Assembly: GCA_030390025.1 (NCBI GenBank)
Contig: JASTWF010000639.1
Location: 62,001 to 125,538, forward strand
DNA: 63,538 nt
Origin: Squalus acanthias
Taxonomy: Eukaryota
Reading direction: 5' to 3'
The notes beneath the pieces are model-generated. The model saw only the letters and a list, made by a program, of their open reading frames with translations. It was not told the DNA's origin and did not search any database. The translations under genes and the position numbers were made by a program. This document shows, piece after piece, positions 1 to 10,083 of this stretch (position 1 is the first letter of the stretch; the number at the start of each line of letters is the position of its first letter).

Positions 1-528
1 TATTGAAACATATAAGATTGTGAAGGGGTTGGATCGGGTGGATGCGGGGAGGATGTTCCCGATGACGGGTGAGACTAGAACTAGGGGGCATAGTCTTAGA
101 ATAAGGGGCTGCTCTTTCAAAACTGAGATGAGGAGGAACTACTTCACTCAGAGGGTGGTAGGTCCATGGAATATGCTGCCACAAAAAGCTGTAGAAGCTA
201 CATCATTAAATAAATTTAAAACAGAAATAGACAGTTTCCTAGAAGTAAAGGGAATTAAGGGTTACGGGGAGCGGGCAGGAATTTGGACATGAGTCTAGGT
301 TCGGATCGGTCATGGCCCTGTGGGTAGTGGAGCGGGCCCAGGGACCGTGTAGCCTGATTCTGCTCCTATATCGTGTGTGCAATTCTGTTAGATGCAGGAG
401 ATGGTTCTGTGATAGATAGTAGATTGGCGGTTAGGATCAGATCAGCCATGATCTCATTGAATGGCGGAGCAGGCTCGAGGGGCCGATTGGCCTACTCCTG
501 CTCCTATTTCTTATGTTCTTATGTTCTT
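1..528 (+). mobile_element. CR1-clade LINE 3' end with (TTCTTATG)n tail, abutting an older minus-strand CR1
   Basis: ORF2 C-terminus [11 protein letters not shown]-like..WN; microsatellite tail; absent at the matching site in copy 2. Confidence 0.85.
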
Positions 529-965
529 ATCTCAGTCCTCAATGGCCGACCCCTTATCCTGAGACTGTGACCCCTGGTTCGAGACTCTCCAGCCAGGGGG
601 AAACAGCCTCTCAGCATCTACCCTGTCAATCCCTCTAAGAATTTGATGTGTTTCAATGAGATCACCTCTCATTCCTCTGAACTCCAGAGAGTATAGGTCC
701 AATCTACTCAATCTCTCCTCATAGGACAGCCCTCTCATCCCAGGAATCAATCTAGTGAACCTTCGTTGCACCCCCTCGAAGGCAAGTATATCCTTCCTCA
801 GATAAGGAGACCAAAACTGTGCACAGTGCTCCAGGTGTGGTCTCACCAAGCCCCTGTACAATTGTAGTAAGATTTCCTTACTCTTGTACTCCAAGCCCCT
901 TGCAATAAAGCCCAACACACAATTTGCCTTGCTAATTGCTTGCGGTACCTGCATGCTAATGCTCT
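529..965 (-). mobile_element. CR1 LINE fragment (copy 2 at about 33745-34415)
   Basis: [23 protein letters not shown]1 ORF2 motifs. Confidence 0.85.
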
Positions 966-984
966 GTGACTCGTTCTTATGTTA

Positions 985-2075
985 GTGTCAGTGGGCAGCG
1001 CTCTCACCTCTGACTCAGAAGACTCTGGGTTAAAGTCCAGGGGCTTGAGCACAAAATCTAGCCTGACATTCGAGTGCTGAACTGAGGGAGCGCCGCACTG
1101 TCGGAGGGGCAGTACTGAGGGAGCGCCGCACTGTCGGAGGGGCGGTACTGAGGGAGTGCCGCACTGTCCGAGGGGCGGCACTGAGGGAGCGCCGCACTGT
1201 CGGAGGGGCGGCACTGAGGGAGCGCCGCACTGTCGGAGGGGCAGCACTGAGGGAGCGCCGCTCTGTCGGAGGGACAGGACTGAGGGAGCGCCTCACTGTC
1301 GGAGGGGCAGTACTGAGGGGGGGCAGTACTGAGGGAGCGCCGCACTGTCGGAGGGGCAGTACTGAGGGAGCACTGCACGGTCGGAGGGGCAGTACTGAGG
1401 GACTGCCGCACTGTCAGAGGGGCGGTACTGAGGGAGCGTCGCACTGTCGGAGGGGCAGTACTGAGGGAGCGCCGCACTGTCGGAGGGGCAGTACTGAGGG
1501 AGCGCCTCACTGTCGGAGGGGCAGTACTGAGGGAGCACCGCACTGTAAGAGGGGCAGTACTGAGAGAGCGCCGCTTTGTCGGAGGGGCGGCACTGAGGGA
1601 GCGCCGCACTGTCGGAGGGGCGGCACTGAGGGAGCGCCGCACTGTCGGAGGGGCGGTACTGAGGGAGCGCCGCACTGTCGGAGGGGCGGTACTGAGGGAG
1701 CGCCGCACTGTCGGAGGGGCAGTACTGAGGGAGCGCCGCACTGTCGGAGGGGCAGTACCGAGGGAGCGCCGCACTGTCGGAGGGGCGGTAGCGAGGGAGC
1801 GCCGCACTGTCGGAGGGGCAGTACTGAGGGAGCGCCTCCCCGGTGTCCTGGGGCCAATATTTAATCCTTCAATCAACATCACTAAAAAACAGATGATCTG
1901 GGTCATTGTCACATTGCTGGTTGTGGGAGCTTGCTGTGCGCCAATTGGCTGCCGCATTTCCTACATTACGACAGTGAGTGACCACACTTCAAAAATAAGT
2001 ATTTCATTGTCTGTGAAGCGCTTCGGAACGCGTGAGGCGGTGGCGAAAGGCGCTATGCCAATGCAATACTTAGCA
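985..2075 (+). mobile_element. tRNA-derived Deu-domain-like SINE with internal 33-bp minisatellite (array about 1080-1835)
   Basis: Degenerate tRNA head, tandem GCACTGTCGGAGGGGCAGTACTGAGGGAGCGCC, Deu-like body, L2-like tail gaaaggcgctat. Confidence 0.72.
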
Positions 2076-2152
2076 CTGCGGAGATGTGCAGCGGTCTGCA
2101 CAAGTTTCAGGCAACTGGCGACCAACGGGATTGCAAATTAACTTGTTCACAG

Positions 2153-5100
2153 ACGGGCCCGAGGTGCTCGCCCACTCTAACTGCACCAGGGCAGCCGAGA
2201 TTACGTGCGTGTGCGTGGTCGCCGCCAACCCGCCAGCCCACATCACCTGGCAGCTTCACCACGGGAACGGCCGGGGGAGGGAGGCCAAGGTTTCAGCAGA
2301 GGTCCGGGGCCAGCAGGCCACAAGCACCTTGGCGGTGAGGGCGAGCGACGGGGAATTTAACGCCCTGTGCGTCGGGAGCAACCGTCACGGGGAAGGGCGT
2401 TTGAAATTCCATTTATGCTCCAAAGGTAAGAAATTTCTTCTTCATCCGACCGCACAGGGTTTCTTCGCGGTGTTGGGGATCTTCCATGAAGTTTGGGATA
2501 CTATGGAATGGAACACTCCCAGGGCAGGTACAGCACGGGTTAGATACAGAGTAAAGCTCCCTCTACACTGTCCCATCAAACACTCCCAGGGCAGGTACAG
2601 CACGGGTTAGATACAGAGTAAAGCTCCCTCTGCACTGTCCCATCAAACACTCCCAGGGCAGGTACAGCACGGGGTTAGATACAGAGTAAAGCTCCCTCTA
2701 CACTGTCCCCATCAAACACTCCCAGGGCAGGTACAGCACGGGGTTAGATACAGAGTAAAGCTCCCTCTACACTGTCCCCATCAAACACTCCCAGGGCAGG
2801 TACAGCACGGGGTTAGATACAGAATAAAGCTCCCTCTACACTGTCCCATCAAACACTCCCAGGGCAGGTACAGCACGGGGTTAGATACAGAGTAAAGCTC
2901 CCTCTACACTGTCCCCATCAAACACACCCAGGGCAGGTACAGCACGGGTTAGATACAGAGTAAAGCTCCCTCTAAACTGCACCCATCAAACACTCCCAGG
3001 GCAGGTACAGCACGGGTTAGATACGGAGTAAAGCTCCCTCTACACTGTCCCATCAAACACTCCCAGGGCAGGTACAGCACGGGTTAGATACAGAGTAAAG
3101 CTCCCTCTACACTGTCCCATCAAACACTCCCAGGGCAGATACAGCACGGGTTAGATACAGAGTAAAGCTCCCTCTACACTGTCCCATCAAACACTCCCAG
3201 GGCAGGTACAGCACGGGTTAGATACAGAGTAAAGCTCCCTCTACACTGTCCCATCAAACACTCCCAGGGCAGGTACAGCACGGGGTTCGATACAGAGTAA
3301 AGCTCCCTCTACACTGTCCCAATCAAACACTGGAACTGATTTTGGATCAATATCCTCGGGGTAATCAGGATGGGAGAAAGTTGAAGAACGAAAAGGAAAA
3401 ACGTTGCATGTGTAACGGCTGTATTGCAATCCCAGTGACCGCCCATTGCTCCTTGCAGATGTACAGGACCGTGTACAGATCGGACTTGTCGGAGGGTTGT
3501 GTGGTGCACTGATCGCAGCCACCATTACGTGTTCCTTGTGTTTGCTAATCAATGTCATTCAGCTGTAAGTATCTCGATTGGTTTACTGATGGAGTTACGG
3601 ACGTCTGATGGGGTTGGTGGGGGAAATGCTGTCAGGGTGGAGGGTTAGTATGGACGGGATCGAATCCATGAGAGTGTACATGGGCTGTGGGAGGAGATTA
3701 AATGGGTGGGTAGAGTCTGTGATAGGGGAGAGTGTACATGAGCTGTGGGAGGAGATTAAATGGGTGTGCAGAGACCGTGATAGGGGAGAGTGTACATGAG
3801 CTGTGGGAGGAGATTAAATGGGTGTGCAGAGACCGTGATAGGGGAGAGTGTCCATGGGCTGTGGGAGGAGATTAAATGGGTGGGTAAAGTCCATGATAGG
3901 GGAGAGTGTACACGGGCTGTGGGAGGAGATTAAATGGGTGGGTCGAATCCGTGATAGGGGAGAGTGTACATGGGCTGTGGGAGGTTGATGGGCAATATGG
4001 CCTTGGCTTGTTTTTTTGAATTCTTACCTTCTCCTGGTTGTGTTGTAGGAGGAAGAAAACGGTGCAGTCCCATCACGCTCAGATGCCCATGGACAGGCAG
4101 GACCTTGGGCCACAGGTAGGGACAGTACAGGGGCTGATATAGTCACTGAAAACGGCAGCCTGCCCCTCAGTGCCTCCTCAAGGAATTCTGCTACAATATG
4201 GAGTGGGACAGATGAAAGGACAGATCCCAGCTCAGAGTAGAGTTTCCTGATGCCAGATTGGAGGTATTGGTGGAGGCGGCGGGGGGTGCGGGGGTAGAAA
4301 CGACAATTAACTTTACTTTCTCAGAGATAGAGAGGGGGAAAAGAGCAGCCAAGGGTCCTCTCCGGACGTGTGGGGTAATCGGGTGAAGAGCCCAGCGTCA
4401 GATGTACGCTGCGGTCTAGACTCAAGTACATGAAGAATGGGTGAGGTATCAGAGGGCAAGCTGTTAGCTCTAGGACTGTCCCGCAGTGAGGGACTAGCGC
4501 CCCCTCCCCCAGGGAGCGTCTGTCTCCCCAGTAAGGGTCTAGACACCCAGTCTGTCTCCCAGCGAGTGTAGACGCCCAGTGAGAGCCTGGATGATAAGTT
4601 GAGTGAGTGGGCAGATACATGGCAGATGCAGTATAACGTGGATAAATGTGAAGTTATCCACTTCGGTAGGAAAAACAGAAAGGCAGAGTATTATTTAAAT
4701 GGTGATAGATTGGGAAATGTTGATGTACAAAGGGAGCTGGGTGTCCTTGTACACCAGTCATTGAAAGCAAACATGCAGGTGCAGCAAGCAGTTAGGAAGG
4801 CAAATGGTATGTTGGCCTTCGTTGCAAGAGGATTTGAGTACAGGAGCAAGGATGTCTTACTACAGTTATACAGGGCCTTGGTGAGACCACACCTGGAGTA
4901 CTGTGTGCAGTTTTGGTCTCCTTACCTAAGACATGATATACAGGAAACTCTTTATTAACCGGCACCGACGGGACCGGCGTGGTACCGGTTTATCGAAATT
5001 ACCGGATAACGGAGAGTTATACCTACCGAGGCTATTTTTAACAAAGAAAAATAAATAAATCAAGAAATGTGCAGTATACAGTATTTGGGTACTTTTGAAA

Positions 5101-7273
5101 ACTACCCCTACTGACTAAAATCGGCGTTCACGGACTCGGACTCGGGATCGGCAACATTGCCAGTTATTTGAAAGGAGTTTTCGGAGTACTCGGCGTTCGC
5201 GGAGACTCGACTGCGACTCGGCAACATTGCCGGTTATTTGAGAGGCGTTTTCGGAGGATGATTTTTGCCGGTTAAGCGAGAATTCCGGATATTTGGGTGC
5301 TGGATAAACAAAAGTTTCCTGTACTTGCCATAGAGGGAGTGCAACGAAGGTTCACCAGACTGATTCCTGGGATGGCAGGACTGTCGTATGAGGAGAGATT
5401 GGGTCGATTGGGCCTGTATTCACTAGAGTTTAGAGAATGAGAAGGGATTTCATTGAAACATATAAAATTCATGACAGGGCTAGACAGACTGGATGCAGGG
5501 AGGATGTTTCCCCTGGCTGGGGGGGGGGTCTAGAACGAGGGGTCACAGTCTCAGGATACGGGGTAGGACATTTAGGACTGAGATGAGGAGAAATTTCTTC
5601 ACTTAGAGGGTGGTGAACCTGTGGAATTCTCTACCACAGAAGGCTGTGGAGGCCAAGTCACTGAATATATTGAAGAAGGAGATAGATAGATTTCTAGACA
5701 CAAAAGGCATCAAGGGGTATGGGGAGAGAGCGGGAATATGGTATTGAGATGGAGGATCAGCCATGATCATATTGAATGGCGGAGCAGGCTCGAAGGGCCG
5801 AATGGCTTACTCCTGCTCCTATTTTTTCTGGATGTCCAGTCTGTCTCCCAGTGAGAGTCTGTCTCCCCAGTGATGGTCCACACCTCACTTGGTGTCTGTA
5901 CCCCATATTCAAGGGAGGGAGCACACCTCCGCAATGGTCCGAACCCTCATTTCCCATCGAAGGTCCAGCCCGTATCCCAGGGAGGGTCCAATCCCAGTCA
6001 GGGAGTTCCTTATACCGGGAGAGGTCCACATCTCTAGGCCAGGAGACAAAACCCGGGAGCCCGACCATCTTCAGCTGCTTCATCAATGACCTTCCCCCCC
6101 AACACAAGGTCAGAGATAGGGATGTTCGCTGATGATTGCACAGTGTTCAGCGCCATTCACAACTCCTCAGATAATGAAGCAGTCCATGCCCACATGCAAC
6201 AAGACCTGGATGATGTTCAGGCTTGGGCTGATAAGTGGCAGGTAACATTCGCGCCACACAAGTGCCAGGCAATGACCATCTCCAACAAGCGAGAGTCTAA
6301 CCACCGCCCCTTGACATTCAACAGCATTACCATCGCCGAATCCCCCACCATCAACATCCTGGGGGTCACCTTTGACCAGAAACTTAACTGGACCAGCCAC
6401 ATAAACACTCTGGCAACAAGAGCAGGTCAGAGGCTGGGTATTGTGCGGCAAGTGTCTCACCTCCTGACTCCCCAAAGCCTTTCCACCATCTACATGGCAC
6501 AAGTAAGGAGTGTGATGGAACACTCTCCACTTGACTGGATGAGTGCAGCTCCAACAACACTCGAGAAGCTCGACACCATCCAGGACAAAGCAGCCCGCTT
6601 GATTGGTACCCCATCCACCACCTTAAACATTCACTCCCTCCACCACCGGCGTACCGTGGCTGCAGTGTGCACCGTCTACAAGGGGCATTGCAGCAACTCG
6701 CCAAGGCTTCTTTGGCAGCACCTCCCAAACCCGCCACCTCTTCCACCTAGAAGGACAAGGGCAGCAGGCGCATGGGAACACCAGCACCTCCAAGTTCCCC
6801 TCCAAGTCACACACCATCCTGACTTGGTGATATATCGGTCATTCCTTCATCGTCGCTGGGTCAAAATCCTGGAACTCCCTCCCTAACAGCACTGTGGGAG
6901 CACCTTCACCACACGGACTGCAGCGGTTCAAGAAGGCGGCTCACCACCACCTTCTCAAGGGCAATTAGGAGTGGGCAATAAATGCTGGCCTAGCCAGCGA
7001 CGCCCAGATCCCATAAACGAATAAAAAAAAAGGCTAAATTTCAACTCCTCATTCTCCCTCCAGACTGCGCAGGAGCCCACGGCCGATTCCCTGGTTTACC
7101 AGAACCTTCAGGAAAGCTCCGGAGACGGGAACGCAAGGCAGGAGAGTTCAGAAAACCTCCATTACTGGCCCATCGACTACTCCAAGTTGCCGGTGGGCGA
7201 CGGGACCGTGCGCAGGTCGGAAACCACCGAATATGCCACCATTCGGCATTCGCCGGGGGAGCGGTCGGCGTGA
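2153..7273 (+). CDS. Second Siglec copy, 3' half only: join(2153..2425,3459..3564,4049..4115,7064..7273); any 5' exons would lie before the window
   Basis: Four exons of the same lengths (273, 106, 67, 210 nt) and, by eye, the same sequence as 35458-40370. Splice sites and stop codon intact. Confidence 0.85.
2512..3330 (+). repeat. 67-bp minisatellite (about 12 units)
   Basis: ACACTCCCAGGGCAGGTACAGCACGGGTTAGATACAGAGTAAAGCTCCCTCTACACTGTCCCATCAA in tandem. Confidence 0.95.
3660..3985 (+). repeat. 58-bp tandem repeat (copy at about 36758-37083)
   Basis: GTGATAGGGGAGAGTGTACATGAGCTGTGGGAGGAGATTAAATGGGTG... repeated 5-6 times. Confidence 0.9.
4598..5828 (+). mobile_element. CR1 LINE 3' fragment interrupted by a MITE (copy at about 37696-38924)
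   Basis: [25 protein letters not shown]; continues after 5321. Confidence 0.88.
4941..5321. mobile_element. Tc1/mariner (Tigger/pogo-like) MITE, 381 bp
   Basis: TA duplication at 4939-4940 and 5322-5323. Imperfect TIRs CAGGAAACTCTTTATTAACCGGCACC / CAGGAAACTTTTGTTTATCCAGCACC. The empty site gatatacttgcc is seen in the sister CR1 near 62430. Confidence 0.85.
6055..7031 (+). mobile_element. CR1-group LINE, 5'-truncated, with reverse transcriptase C-terminus and A-rich tail (copy at about 39150-40128)
   Basis: [21 protein letters not shown] motif, LGVT.DQKLNW..HI; poly-A-like end. Confidence 0.85.
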
Positions 7274-7360
7274 CGCATCATCGCTGCTTCAAGGGGAGGT
7301 CGAAGATCCTGCCGGAACCGTTGGAGGAAGAGCAGGGGGGGGGGGGGGGGGGGGGGGGGG

Positions 7361-7663
7361 NNNNNNNNNNNNNNNNNNNNNNNNNNNNNNNNNNNNNNNN
7401 NNNNNNNNNNNNNNNNNNNNNNNNNNNNNNNNNNNNNNNNNNNNNNNNNNNNNNNNNNNNNNNNNNNNNNNNNNNNNNNNNNNNNNNNNNNNNNNNNNNN
7501 NNNNNNNNNNNNNNNNNNNNNNNNNNNNNNNNNNNNNNNNNNNNNNNNNNNNNNNNNNNNNNNNNNNNNNNNNNNNNNNNNNNNNNNNNNNNNNNNNNNN
7601 NNNNNNNNNNNNNNNNNNNNNNNNNNNNNNNNNNNNNNNNNNNNNNNNNNNNNNNNNNNNNNN
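7361..7663. other. Assembly gap preceded by a poly-G run
   Basis: N run. Confidence 0.99.
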
Positions 7664-8215
7664 GCACTGAGGGAGCGCCGCACTGTCGGAGGGGCAGTAC
7701 TGAGGGAGTGCTGCACTGTCGGAGGGGCAGTACTGAGGGAGCGCCGCACTGTCGGAGAGGCAGAACTGAGGGAGCACCGCACTGTCGGAGCACCGCACTG
7801 TCGGAGGGGCAGTACTGAGGGAGCGCCGCACTATCGGAGGGGCAGTACTGAGGGAGCGCAGCACTGTCAGAGGTGCCGTCTTTCAGATGAGACGTTAAAC
7901 TGAGGCCCCATCTGCCCTCTCAGGTGGATGTAAAAGATCCCTCGGCCACTATTGGAAGAAGAGCAGGGGGGGGAGTTCTCCCCGGTGTCCTGGGGCCAAA
8001 TATTTATCCCTCAACCAACATCACTAAAAAAACAGATGATCTGGGTCATTATCACATTGCTGTTTGTGGGAGCTTGCTGTGCGCAAATTGGCTGCCGCGT
8101 TTCCCACATCACAACAGCGACCACACTTCAGAACAAGTCCTTCATTGGCTGTGGAGAGCTTTGGGACGTCCTGAGGTGGTGAAAGGCGCTGGAGAAATGC
8201 GAGATCTTTCTTTAC
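7664..8215 (+). mobile_element. Deu-domain-like SINE with 33-bp array
   Basis: 33-bp units followed by a full Deu-like body and L2-like tail. Confidence 0.75.
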
Positions 8216-8414
8216 TGATCGTGCCGGGGTGGTTCCAGAAGTTCGGGAGTTCAAGTCCCAGGACCTGGGCTTCAGGAGGTTATCTCCGATCCCCAAGGCA
8301 GCCTCCTGTTCCCGTTTCAGAGCAGCGGAACAGGCTGTGTCAGCGCTAATCTCTGAGAGTGACAGCGAGAGATTCTCTTTCTGCTAATCCAGCCCTCCGT
8401 CCTGTCTCACACAG

Positions 8415-8454
8415 CTGCACGGCCAGTCGAGGGAGCAGCCCTTGTGGAACGCGG
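8415..8454 (+). other. Candidate 5' non-coding exon of the Siglec gene
   Basis: Strong donor CGG|gtaagt at 8455 in unique sequence. The signal exon has its own acceptor, so an upstream exon is expected. Confidence 0.35.
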
Positions 8455-8579
8455 GTAAGTTGAACCAGAGAATCATTTCCCTTCAGATACTGTGGGTTTT
8501 TTTAAATCTTTACCAGCACTGCCTGCACAAGGAGACAAGGTTGTGGCTTCGAGTCCAACTCTAGAAGTTAGGCACATAA

Positions 8580-8955
8580 TCGGTGTTCAAAATCATGAGG
8601 GGTTTCGATGGGAGTAAATAAGGAGAAACTGTTTCCAGTGGCAGGAGGGTCGGTAACCAGAGGACACAGATTGAAGATAATCGGTAAAAGAACCAGAGGG
8701 GGAGATGAGGAGAATTGTTTTTCCGCGGCGAGTTGTGATCTGGAACGCGCTGCCTGAAAGGGCGGTGGAAGCAGATTCAATAGTAACTTTCAAAAGGGGG
8801 ATTGGATAAATACTTGAAGGGGAAAAATTCACAGGGCTGTGGGGAAAGAGCAGGGGGGAGTGGGACTAATTGGAGAGCTCGTTCAAAGAGCCGGCACAGG
8901 CAGGATGGGCCGAATGGCCTCCTCCTGTGTGCTGGGTGATTCAATGATTGTATGA
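8580..8955 (+). mobile_element. CR1 LINE 3' end
   Basis: VFKIMRG..KEKLFP..TRGHRL..WNALP; closely similar to 61280-61630. Confidence 0.8.
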
Positions 8956-9134
8956 AATGAGTTAGGGAGGCCCAGCCCAGCTCTCTCAGAGTGCGGGTCC
9001 ACCACTGAAAGCTGCTGTGAAAGAATCCACAGGTTGTGCACTCAATGGGACTCACTGCAAGGAACCCCATGGCCTGTTGTAAGGCAAACATCACATTGGG
9101 TCTGCTCCTCCGATGTTGGAGCAGCGTCATATTC

Positions 9135-9885
9135 TTGGGACAGTGTAGAGGGAGCTCTACTCTGTATCTAACCCGTGCTGTACCTGCCCTGGGAGTGTTT
9201 GATGGGACAGTTTAGAGGGAGCTTTACTCTGTATCTAACCCGTGCTGTACCTGCCCTGGGAGTGTTTGATGGGACAGTGTAGAGGGAGCTTTACTCTGTA
9301 TCTAACCCGTGCTGTACCTGCCCTGGGAGTGTTTGATGGGGACAGTGTAGAGGGAGCTCTACTCTGTATCTAACCCGTGCTGTACCTGCCCTGGGAGTGT
9401 TTGATGGGGACAGTGTAGAGGGAGCTTTACTCTGTATCTAACCCGTGCTGTACCTGCCCTGGGAGTGTTTGATGGGACAATGTAGAGAGAGCTTTACTCT
9501 GTATCTAACCCGTGCTGTACCTGCCCTGGGAGTGTTTGATGGGACAGTGTAGAGGGAGCTTTACTCTGTATCTAACCCGTGCTGTACCTGCCCTGGGAGT
9601 GTTTGATGGGACAGTGTAGAGGGAGCTTTACTCTGTATCTAACCCGTGCTGTACCTGCCCTGGGAGTGTTTGATGGGACAGTGTAGAGGGAGCTTTACTC
9701 TGTATCTAACCCGTGCTGTACCTGCCCTGGGAGTGTTTGATGGGACAGTATAGAAGGAGATTTACTCTGTATCTAACCCCGTGCTGTACCTGCCCTGGGA
9801 GTGTTTGATGGGACAGTGTAGAGGGAGCTTTACTCTGTATCTAACCCGTGCTGTACCTGCCCTGGGAGTGTTTGATGGGGCAGTG
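9135..9885 (-). repeat. 67-bp minisatellite, reverse orientation (about 11 units)
   Basis: Reverse complement of the 2512-3330 unit. Confidence 0.95.
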
Positions 9886-10037
9886 GGTGTCTCAAATATC
9901 TAAGTGCTTTATTCCCAAAACTAGCATCGCTCACTTGGATGGGCACTGAATATGTTGGTAAAGGCCCCAGTGACTTAATTGCACAATCGACTTTCTCTTC
10001 CCTTTCAGAAGTTCCGTTGAGTTCTATTGTTGGGACC

Positions 10038-10083
10038 ATGTCTAGGACTGAAATCGCTGCGTATTTCCTGGCAATAGTCCAAG
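10038..10083 (+). CDS. Siglec signal-peptide exon ([16 protein letters not shown]); exon 10009-10083
   Basis: Pyrimidine-rich acceptor ending 10008, accATG context, phase-1 donor AAG|gtaaga. Joins in frame to the V exon giving [22 protein letters not shown]. Confidence 0.72.

Larger units (their letters stand above)
529..7338 (+). repeat. Segmental duplicate (copy 1) of about 33982-40435
   Basis: Collinear exons, introns, MITE, LINEs and minisatellites at an offset of about 33.1-33.4 kb. Confidence 0.93.

Noticed and set aside
1058-1957. [11 protein letters not shown] / [11 protein letters not shown] repeat ORFs (also near 34.5, 40.7, 43.5, 49.6, 52.7 and 59.4 kb)
   Set aside because: The 33-bp unit is a multiple of 3 and stop-poor; it is a SINE-internal array with no splice or domain support.
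2086-2610. 174-aa single-exon ORF (and its copy at 35391-35915)
   Set aside because: Only 2153-2425 is the Ig exon; the flanks are intron and satellite read-through.
2512-3330. Regular arrays as CRISPR-like loci
   Set aside because: Head-to-tail units without unique spacers, no cas genes, vertebrate context.
7335-7360. Poly-G tract as a biological G4 element
   Set aside because: Abuts a gap, and the duplicate reads gcaggggtggggagag; likely a sequencing or assembly artefact.
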